The position numbers and the translations under genes were made by a program. The notes beneath the pieces were generated by a model that was given only the letters and a program-made list of their open reading frames with translations, was not told the DNA's origin and did no database searches. Positions 53,551 through 64,000 of a stretch of 64,000 nt of DNA are shown one piece after another. The DNA lies in assembly GCF_009914755.1 (NCBI RefSeq), contig NC_060927.1; one strand, given 5' to 3'. This DNA comes from the human T2T-CHM13v2.0 reference genome, Homo sapiens. Position 1 is the first letter of the stretch. Every line of letters begins with the position of its first letter.

Positions 53551-56260
53551 CACGCTTTCTTTATCTAGTTCACTGTTAATGGATATCTAGGTTGATTCCG
53601 TATATTTGCTATTTTAAACAGTGCTGTGATGAACATACGTGTTAATGTGTCTTCATGGTTTCTTGTATAGTTTCCTTTGCTGTGCAGAAGATTTAGTTTA
53701 ATTAGTTTCCACTTGTCACTTTTTGTTTTTGTTGTGTTTGATTTTGGAGTCTTCATTATGGCAGATAATACAGGGTTTTCTAGGTATAGTATCATGTTGT
53801 CTGCTAAAAGAGATAATTTGACTTTCTCTCTTCTTATTTGGATGCCTTTTATTTCTTTATCTTGCCTGATTCCTTGGGCTAGGACACTCTGTACTATTCT
53901 GAATAGGAGTGGTGAGAGTGGGCTTCCTTGTCTTTTCTCAGTTCTCAAAAGAATTCTTCCAGCTTTTATCCATTAAATATGATGTTGGCTGTGGGTTTGT
54001 CATGGATTGCTGTTATTATTTTGAGCTATGTTCCTTCATTGCCTATTTTATTGAAGGTTTTTAACATGAAGCCACGTTGAATTTTACTTAAAGCTCTTTC
54101 TACATCTATTGAGATGATCATGTGTTTTTTTGTTTTAGTTTTGTATATGTGATGAATCACATTTATTGATTTGCTTATGTTGAACCAACCTTGCATCTTA
54201 AGAATAAAGCCCACTTGGTCATGGTAGACTAGCTTTTTGATATGCCGCTGGATTGTGTTTGCTAGTGTTATGTTGAGGATTTTGTGTATCTATGTTCATC
54301 AGGAATGTTGGCCTGAAGTTTTCTATTTTCACTGTGTCTCTGCTAGAGACTCAATATGTTGGCCTCACAGAATGAGTTAGAGAGGAGTTCTTCCTTCTCG
54401 TTTTTTGGGAATAACTTTAGTAGGATTGGTACCAGCGCTTCTTCATATGTCTGGTTGAATTCCACTGAGAGTCTTTCTGGTCCAAGGCTTTATCTGGTTG
54501 GTAGGTTTTTTATTATTGATTCAATTGTGGAACTCATTATTGATCTGTTTGAGGTTTTAGTTTCTTTCTGGTTCAATCTTGGGAGATTTTATGTTTCCAA
54601 GTATTTATCAATTTCGTCTCTAGGTTTTCTTGTTTGTGTGCCTACAGGTATTTACAAGAGTTTCTGAGGGTTTTCTGTGTTTTGTGGGTGGCTGATGATG
54701 TTCCCTTTGTCATTTCTGATTGTCTTTATTTGGATCTTCTTTCTTTTTTCTTTATTAGTTCAGCTAGTGGTTTATCAATGTTATTTGTCCTTTCAAAGAA
54801 CTGTTATATTTGGTTTCATTGATCTTTTGTATGGGTTTCCTCATGTCCATTTTATTCAGTTCAGCACTGATATTTGTTACTTATTTTCTTCCACTAGCTT
54901 TGGGGTTGGTTTTGCTCTTTTTTATAGTTCCTCAAGGTGTGTCATTAGATTGTTAATTTGAGATCTTTCTAACTTTTTGATGTGGGTGTTAGCACTATAA
55001 ACTTTCTTCTTGAAACTGCTTTAGCTGTGTTCCAGAGAGTCTGGTATGTTGCAACTTTGTTTTCATTAGTTCCAAAGAATTTCTTGATGTCTGCCTTATT
55101 TCTATTCTTCATTCAAAAGTCACTCAGAAGCACATTTTTAAATTTCCATGTAATTGTATGCTTTTGAGAGATCTTCTTGGTATTGATTGTTATTTTTACT
55201 GTGCAGTGGTCCAAGCATGTGGTTAGTATGATTTCATCTTTTTTGAATTTGTTGATAGTTGTTTCATGGCTGAGTGTGTCATTCATGTTAGAATATATGC
55301 CATGTGCAGATTAGAAGAGTGTAGATTCTATTTTTGTCAGGTGGAGTATTCTGTAGATATCCATTAGGTCCATTTGGTGAAATGTTGAGTTTATGTCCCA
55401 AGTATCTTTGTTAATATTCTGCCTCAGTAATCTGTCTAATACTATCAGTGAGTTGTTGAAGTCTCTTACTATTATTGTGTGATTATCTAAGTATCTCAAG
55501 TCTCTAAGTATGTGTTTCGTGAATCTGGGTTCTCCAGTGTTGAGTGCATATATATTTAAGAGAGTTAAGTCTTCTTGTTGAATTGAATGCTTTATCATTA
55601 TGTAATGCCCTTCTTTGTCCTTTTTGATCATTGTTGGTTTAAAGACTGTTTTGTCTGAAATAAGACTAGCAACCACTGCTCTTTTTTGTTTTCCATTTGC
55701 TAGACAGATTTTTCTCAACTCTTTATGTTGAGCCTATGAGTGTCCTTGCATGTAAGATGGATCTCTTGAAGACATCATACAGTTGGGTCTTGCTTCATTA
55801 TTCACTTGACACTCTGCCTTTTAAGTGGGGTGTATGGTCCATTTATATTCAAGGTTAATATTGATATTGGTGGATTTGATCCTGTTACCATACTGTTAGC
55901 TGGCTGTTATGTACACTTGACTGTGTAGTTGCTTTATAGTGTTAATGGTCTATGTACTTAATTGTGTTTTTGTGGTGGCCTGTAATCGTCTTCTGTTATC
56001 ATGTTTAGCACTCCCTTAAGCACCTTTTTTCAGGCCAGTTTGGTGGTAATAAATTGCCTTACCATGTTCTTGTCTAAAAAGGATTTTATCTCTCCTTTTC
56101 TCATGAAACTTGGTTTGGCTGGATAGGTTTTGTTCCTTTTTTTAAATACTTTTTTCTTCATTTTGGTCTGAGTTGTTTCGAAGAACTGGTCATCAAGCTC
56201 TGAGATTCTTTTTTTCCTCAGACTAGTATACTCTGCTGTTCATACTTCCAATTGTGTTAT
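53551..56260 (-). mobile_element. L1 element A (mid-ORF1 to ORF2) with at least three internal deletions
   Basis: EN remnant 55311-55718, RT remnant 53565-53948 (RQGSPLSPLLF..LLADNMILYL); junctions at ~53660, ~53760 and ~56125. Confidence 0.85.
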
Positions 56261-56374
56261 AAAAAATATGCAATGCTTTACAAATTTGCATGTCATCCTC
56301 ACACAGGGGCCATGCTAACCTTCTCTGTATTTTTCCAATGTTATTAATAGTATATGTGCTGCTAAGGTGGGTAC
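56261..56374 (-). pseudogene. Full-length U6 snRNA retrocopy fused to L1 (U6/L1 chimera)
   Basis: Reverse complement GTACCCACCTTAGCAGCACATATACT...ATACAGAGAAGGTTAGCATGGCCCCTGTGTGAGGATGACATGCAAATTTGTAAAGCATTGCATATTTTTT aligns end to end with U6. ACAGAGA box retained. Upstream flank is L1, so no U6 PSE/TATA promoter. Confidence 0.95.
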
Positions 56375-59300
56375 TACATTCTTTTTCACAGCTATGTAGT
56401 ATTCCATGCACCATATTTTCATTTTCTAATCCACTGTTCATGGACACCTAGGTTGGATCCGTATATTTGCTATTGTGAGTAGTGCTGCAGTGAACATACA
56501 AGTATAAGTGTCTTTTTGGTAGAATGATTTATTTTCCTTTTGGTATATACCCAGTAATGGGATTGCTGGGTCAAATGGTAATTCTATTTTAAGTTCTTTG
56601 AGAAAATTTCAAACTGCTTTCCATAATGGATGCACTAGTTTATATTTCCACAGTATATAAGCATTTCCCTTTCTCCACAACCTTGCCAGCATCTGTTATT
56701 TTTTGACTTTTCAGTAATAGCCATTCTGACTAGTGTAACTCATTGTGGTTTTGATTCCCATTTCTTTGATGATTAGTGATATTCATATGTGTGTCAGTCA
56801 TCTGCATATCTTCTTTTGAGAAATGTCTGTTCATGCCCTTTGCCCATTTTTATTAGGGTTATTAATCTTTTGCTTGTTGTATTGTTTAAGTTCCTTATGG
56901 ATTCTGGAAATTAGACCTTTGTCAGATGCAATGTTTGCAAATATTTTATCCCATTCTGTAGGTTGTCTGTTTTCTCTGTTGATAGTTTCTTTTGCTGTGC
57001 ATAAGCTCTTTAGTTTAATTAGATCCCACTTGTCAATTTTTGTTTTCATTACAACTGCTTTTGAGGACTTAATCATAAATTCTTTGCTAAGTCGAATGTC
57101 CAGAATGGTATTTTGTAAGTTTTCTTCTAGGATTTTTACAGTTTGAGGTCTTCCATTTAAATCTTTAATCAATCTTAATTAATTTTTGTATATGGTGAAA
57201 GGTAGGGATCCAGTTTCATTCTTTTGCATATGGCTAGGCAGTTATCTCAGTACCATTTATTGGACAGGGAATCCTTTTTTCATTGTTTATTTTTGACAGC
57301 TTTGCTGAATATCACATGGCTGTATGTGTGTGGCTTTATTTCTGGTTTCTCTATTCTCTTCCTTTGGTCTATATGTCAGTTTTTGTACCAATATTATGTT
57401 GCTTTGGTTACTGTAGGCTTATAGTACAGTATAGTTTAAATTCAGGTAATGTGATGAATCTGGGTTTGTTCTTTTTGTGTAGGATTGCATTGGCTATTTG
57501 ACCTCTTTTTTTGGTTCCATATGAATTTTAGAATATTTATTTCTAATTATTTGAAAATTGATGTTGTTTAATAGGGATATTGTTAAGTTTGTAGATTGCT
57601 TTGGGCAGTATGGCCATTTTAGCAATGTTGATTCTTCCAATTCATAAGTGTGGAAGGTTTTTCCATTTGTTTATATCATCTCTGATTTCTTTCAGCAATG
57701 TTTTTAAATTCCCATTGTAGAGATCCTATTTGGTTAGGTGTATTTCTAGATATTTTATTATTTTTTGGTGGCTAGTATAAATATAATTGCATTCTTAATG
57801 TGGCTGTCAGCTTGAATGTTATTGGTGTATAGAAATGCTGCTGATTTTTGTACGTTGATTTTGTATCCTGGAACTTTATTGAAGTTGTTTATCAGTTCCA
57901 GAAGCCTTTTGGCAGTCTTTAGGATTTTCTAGGTATAGGATTATATCATCAATGAAGAGAGATAGTTTGACTTTTTCTTTTCTTATTTGGATGCTTTTTT
58001 TCTAGTGCGTGATTGCTCTTGCTATCACTTACAGTGCTATGTTGAATAGGAATGGTGAGAGAGGACATCCTTTTCTTCTGCCAGTTCTCAAGGGGGAAAT
58101 CTTCCAGCTTTTCCTACTCAGTATGATGTTGACTAAGGTTTTGTCATAGATGGCTGTTATTATTTTGAGTTATGTTCCTTCATTGCTTAGTTTGTTGAGA
58201 ATTATCATGAAAATATATTAGCTTTTATTGAAAACATTTTATGTATCTATTGGGATGATTGTATGGTTTTTGTTTTTAGTTTTGTGTATATGGTGAATCA
58301 CATTTATTGAGTTGCTTATGTTGAACCAACTTCATATGCAAGAAATAAGGCCTACTTCATTACGGTGAATTAACTTTTTGACGTGCTGCTGGATTCTATT
58401 TGCTAGTATTTTGTGGAGGATTTTTGTATCTATATTCATCATGAATATTGGTCTATAGTTTTCTTTTTGTATTGTGTCTTTGCCAGATTTTGCTATCAGG
58501 GTAATTCTGGCTTCACAGAATTAGTTAGGGTGGAGTCCCTCCTTCACAATTCTTTAGAACAGTTTCAGCAATATTCTTACCAGCGCTTCTTTGTATGTCT
58601 CTATATTTTGGCTGTGAATCCATCTCGTCAAGGGCTTTATTATTTTTGGTAGGTTTTTTATTACTGATTTAATTTCTGAAGTCAATGTTGATATGTTCGG
58701 GGTTTCAAGTTCTTTTCAATTCAGTCTTTGCAGGTTGTGTGTTTCCAGGAATTTGTCCATTTCCTCTAGATTTTCTAATTTGTGTGGACAGAGGTGTTCA
58801 TAATAGTTTCTGAGGATCCTTTATATTTCTGTGAGATCAGTCGTTATTTCTGATTCTGCATGTTTGGGTTTTCTCTCATTTTTTCTGTGTTAATCTAGCT
58901 AATGGTTAATTGATCTTGTTTATTTATTCTTTCAGAGAACCCACTTTTGCTTTATTTGATCCTTTGTATGAATTTTTGCCTTTCAATTTTGTTCAGTCTT
59001 GCTCCAATTATAGTTATTTGTTTTCTTCTGCTAGCTTTGGGGTTACTTTGTTCTTGTTTTTCAAATTGCTCTAGATCTAGTATTAGATTGTTAAATTGAG
59101 GTCTTTCTAACTTCTTGATGTAGGTGTGTTTGCTACTTTTTAGATGTCTATTAGGTCCAATTGTGCAAGTGTTTAATTTAGGTCCAGAGTTTCCTTGTCA
59201 GTTTTCTGCCGCAATGATCTGTCCAATTCTGTCAGTGGAATGTTGAAATTCCACACTATTATTATGTGGCTGTGTAAATACTTTTGAAGGTCTAAAAGTA

Positions 59301-61185
59301 CTTGTTTTATGAATCTGGGTCATCCAACGTTTGGTGCATATATATTTAGAATTGTTAAGTCTTCTTGTTGTATCGAATCCTTTATCATTATATATTACAT
59401 TTCTTTATCTTTTTTTACTCTTGGTTTAAAGTCTGTTTTGGCTGATATAAGAATGGTGACCCCTGATCTTTTTTTATTTTCTGTTTCCATAATAGGACTA
59501 TGTACGTAAATTTATTTTTGTGGTAGCAAGTATCTTTCTTTCATTTCCGTGTTTAGAACTGCCTTAAGAATCTCTTATGAGGCTGGCGTAGTGGTAATGA
59601 ATCCCCTTAGCATTCGCTTGTCTGAAAAATATTTTATTTCTCCTTCTCTTTTGAAGCTTATTTTCGGGAGAAATGAAATTCTTGGTTAGAATTTCTTTTC
59701 TTTAGGGATGCTGAAAATAGGCCTCTAGTCTCTTCTGGCTGTCAGGTTTCTGCTGAAAAGATCATTGTTAGTCTGATGGGGTTTGCTTTGTATGCGATCT
59801 GACCATTTTCTCTAGCTGCCTTTAAGATTTTTTCTTTAGCTTTGACCTTGGACAGTCTGGTATCTATATGCCTTTGTGATGTTTGTTTTGCATTGTATAT
59901 CACAGGTATTCTCTTAATTTCTTGTGTTTGGATGTCTATCTCTATAGCAAGATAAAATAAATTTTCTTGAATTATTGCCTTAAATATGTTTTCCAGTTTG
60001 TTTACTTTTTCTCCTTCTCTCACAGGTATGCCAGTAAGTCTTAAGTTTCATTGTTTTAAAATTTTCAAAAAAATTTTGACTGAATGTGCTAGTTTGAAGA
60101 ACCAGTTCAAGCTCTGAGTTTTTTCAGTTCCAGAAGCTCTGATGCATTTCTTTTTAAGATGCGTATCTCTTCCTTCTTTTCCTGAATTGTTGAGAAGTTT
60201 CTCTGTGTTGATTTTTAACTGTCTTGGATCTCATTAAGCTTTCTTGCAATCCATGCTTCACATTTTCTGTCATTTTTGAGTTTTCATTTTCTTTAGGGAC
60301 CACTGCTGCAGAGCTGATGTGATTCTTTGGTGGTGTCACAATATTCAGGTTTTTCATGATGACAGAACTCTTGCCCTTTTTCCTTGTCATCTCGAGACAC
60401 TGGCACTTCCAATTTATGTAATTATTTTCATGTGTCTTTCTTTCCTTTTTTTGTCTTTCACTTTTCCTCTTTGCCTATGGGGTGTGACTGTAGAGAGTGT
60501 TGGGTAGAGTCTTCTGGCTTTGCTTCTACAGTCCTATGCACTTCTGTCAGCAGGTTTTATATTGGACTGTGCAGTTTGACCTATAGGTCAGTAGATGGCG
60601 CTTACAGATAAGAACTGGCTATGGCCAATGTGGATGAGTATATACTGGATCTTTTTTTACTGGGAGACTCTGTTGAGAGCCAGCCTCAGGCAATGGGCTG
60701 ATCCGTGAAGTGAACAGTGGCCTGAGCTCCCTGATAAACCCTGTAGGAAAGGATGAAGATAGGCAGGGCCAGATTAGGTAAGCCTGCCTACAGGTTCCCT
60801 GATGGCAGGCACAAGCACCAGCACCAAGAAGGAGATCCAGTGAGTGGCCACCAAGTTTTCAGAAGTGGGCATAGGCATGGAGCTGGGGAAATCTCTGGCT
60901 TCAAGTCTCTGCATGAGGGTGGGGCAGCCTAAACTCCTGTTGCAGAAGAATGGGTGTTCCAGATGTCTGGAGATCTTCCTGGGCGTGGAGCATAGAGGGT
61001 CCTGCTGCACCACAATCTCTGCACAGGAAGGGTGGGGAGATTCAGGCTGCTAATCCACGTGAGCAGGTGCTCCAATGCTGGAGATATGCCTGGGCATGGA
61101 GCAAGGAGGTCCTCACTTCACTATAGTCTCTGCGAAGTGGAGTTCAGACTGCTGATCCAGGTGGGTGGGTGCTCTGAATGCCAAG
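56375..61185 (-). mobile_element. L1PA15/16-like element C (right part): ORF2, ORF1, tandem-monomer 5'UTR
   Basis: Resumes where 46190 breaks off; ORF2 remnant 56831-57172 ([19 protein letters not shown]), ORF1 remnant 59742-60023, ~110-bp 5'UTR repeats at ~60950-61185. Confidence 0.88.
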
Positions 61186-61664
61186 AGCTTCTTAGCAGAC
61201 TTTATTACTTTCAGACAGTATAATTACTGTCAGAAATACTATAAATGGCAGGGCATGCTGTGTATTGTGATTCCAGGTGGTGCCTTTTATATGATAGTCT
61301 AATTTAGTCTCTATGTTAACGGAATCCCTGGAGTTGTACAGGGCCCTGCTTTCCCAAACTTATATGGCAGCCTTCACACTGTTGAGGTCACTGTGGCCAT
61401 GATGTTACTTCCAGCTTTCCCATAATTAACTGCTTCCTGCTCCAGGCTCTTTTGTATTTACTGATGTTTTCTAAAGCCACTTTATTCCTATGACTTATTT
61501 AGAATCCAGTGTTTGTTCACCACTAAAAATACTCTGTCTTTATGACCAAGAAGAGTAAATGTTGGACAGCAGTGTTAGATATGATGATCACACTGTTTAT
61601 TTTTGAAGTGTTTGGAGACAAACCTTGATGGAGGCAGAACGAAGAGTAAAAATAATTTGGCCTA

Positions 61665-61850
61665 AGGATTGCTAACTGTGTAACCTTGGGCAAGATGCTT
61701 AAACTCTTTAGAGCCCTTAATTATGTTATATGCAGAATGGAGATAATAATGTATTTGCTTTTCTTTTGGTGAAGATTAAATGAGATAATAGATGTAAAGT
61801 GTTTGAATCAGGGTCTAACACTTATTAGCAGTATGTATTAGTTGCTCAAA
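61665..61850 (+). mobile_element. MIR
   Basis: actgtgtaaccttgggcaagatgcttaaactct...aatggagataataat...gtgaagattaaatgagataatagatgtaaagtg. Confidence 0.8.
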
Positions 61851-61859
61851 AGTTATAAG

Positions 61860-62445
61860 TTGTTTTCTTATCATCCTTTTTATCTTGATTGTTGAAGTTT
61901 TTAAGTTTGATACATTAAAGATTTCATGTCTTTTTTGGGTATATTAAGTCTTTTATCATAATGTCATGTTCCTTTCTGTACTTAGTAATTTTTTTTCTTT
62001 TCTCTGAAGTCTACTTTATCTGCTATTCATATAGCTATATAGCTTTTTTGTGATTGTTTTCATGGTATATATATTTTTCTTCTATTTACTTTTTACCTAC
62101 TTATATCAGTATATTTGAAATGAATTTCTTGTAGACAGCAGATAGCTGAGTCATTTTGAACTATATTCTGATAATTTTTTTAATATAAAGCATTTATATT
62201 TTAATTGGTGTCTTTAAGCCCTTCATATTTAATGTAATTTTTGATGTCAGGATTTAAGGCTGCCACTTTATTGTTTTGTTTGTCTTGTTTTTGTTTCTCT
62301 CTTTCTCTTTTCTTACCTTTCTGTGGGTTACTGAAATAATTTTTAGTGTTACATTTTTCCTTATCTGTAGTGTGCATATATTTCTTTGTATATGTTTTAA
62401 AAATATTTTTCTTAGTGATTGCTCTAGATATTACCCTATATTCCA
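61860..62445 (-). mobile_element. Ancient L1M fragment (ORF1/ORF2 junction)
   Basis: tctgaagtctactttatctg...tttcttgtagacagcagatag. Confidence 0.7.
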
Positions 62446-62710
62446 ATTTAAAGTTGCACTAAATTATATACATAAAGCTCAAATCAGCCTACTCCAAATC
62501 TGCTTCACATTTTCCTCCCATCCTACTGGGCCGTGGGGAGAGATAAGTATACATTCAGTGATATGTATAAGCCTTCTCAAGTAAGTGTGTAAATTATATA
62601 ATTGAGTGTGTATTTTAAACTAGAAAAATAATGTGTCATTGTAAAAATAAAGGGTAACTCCTTCTTATTTGCCGTTTCCCATTCTTTTTGATACTTATCT
62701 ATACATATAA

Positions 62711-63191
<481 letters not shown>

Positions 63192-63939
63192 TAAGTAAAA
63201 TTTTTTATTTGATTTATTTTCAGTGTTCAAGAGCCGGGGCACTGGCAGATTTCATGACCAAATATTAGAACCATGACAACTCAGGAAACCAAGTCTATTT
63301 CCTCTAAGTACCACCTATTTAGAGTCAGAAGGAACCTCCGCTGAATTTTGTAGGAATTATTTCCTTGCTTTAAAAAATACTGTCACAACTTTTTGTGCCT
63401 TAGTAAACAAAATAGTCCATTTTTTGCCTGTTTTTGAACTATATACAAATGAAAACATACGTTTATTTTGTATTTTGATGGTTTTGCTCAGTATTATAGC
63501 TATGAAATTCATTCATGTGGTTTTGAGTAGATATAAATCAATAGGAAAAAGATACATAGCTCAATAGGAAAATTGGAAAAATACTTAAATGGACATTTCA
63601 AAAAGAAGGAAATTCATTGGTTAAAAGTTATATTTAAAAATATACCACCTCATTTGTAATCAGGAACATGCAAATGAAAACTACTATGTAATACATCCAC
63701 CAGATTAAAAAAAATGGAGCAACACTATGTGTGAGGATGAAAAGCAGTAAGAATTTTTTTTGTGTGTGTGTGGGTAAATTGTGTAATTTCATAGGAAGAC
63801 TGTCATGTTTACTGTCTGTCCTCTGTGTGGGAGCATCTGTGTGCAGACACAAGCACAGCAGTAGCAGGACTTGTGAAGCCTGTGGCCATGTACTTACCCC
63901 TTTCTCTAAGGAAGATGTAAGGACTTCAAAATAAGCTCA

Positions 63940-64000
63940 TTTTATTATTGTTATTATTATGCTTTAAGTTCTGGGATACATGTGCAGAATGCACAGGCTT
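63940..64000 (-). mobile_element. L1PA (L1PA7/8-like) 3' end running off the window
   Basis: ttattattatgctttaagttctgggatacatgtgcagaa. Confidence 0.8.

Noticed and set aside
56261-56374. Functional U6 snRNA gene
   Set aside because: Many substitutions, a small insertion and no upstream PSE/TATA (the flank is L1); it is a retrocopy.
60950-61185. ~110-bp tandem repeats as a novel array
   Set aside because: Consistent with the monomer structure of old L1PA 5'UTRs; no CRISPR-like spacer organisation.

Overview
Primate nuclear DNA, most likely human or another catarrhine (an AluY-like copy, THE1/MST LTRs, MER9, L1PA/L1PB). It is AT-rich and dominated by transposon relics. I find no recognisable protein-coding gene: the longer ORFs in the track are decayed L1 ORF1/ORF2 pieces or chance ORFs in repeats. 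The most notable structure is at about 45.8-61.2 kb on the minus strand. An old L1PA15/16-like element is split by a single ~10.2 kb block that reads: target-site duplication (TSD), full-length U6 snRNA copy, L1 with several internal deletions, ~0.5 kb non-L1 sequence with AATAAA, A-tail, TSD. This looks like a tripartite U6/L1/cellular-RNA retro-chimera, into which a full-length L1PB1-like element later inserted. Also present: an L1 with an apparent 3' transduction (12.56-13.16 kb), a MER9 solo LTR with a perfect 6-bp TSD, a partly deleted MADE1 inside an L1, a dispersed 37-bp duplication, and a few weak + strand exon candidates. Subfamily names come from my recollection of consensus sequences, not from a search. 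Boundaries of old repeats and deletion sizes are approximate.
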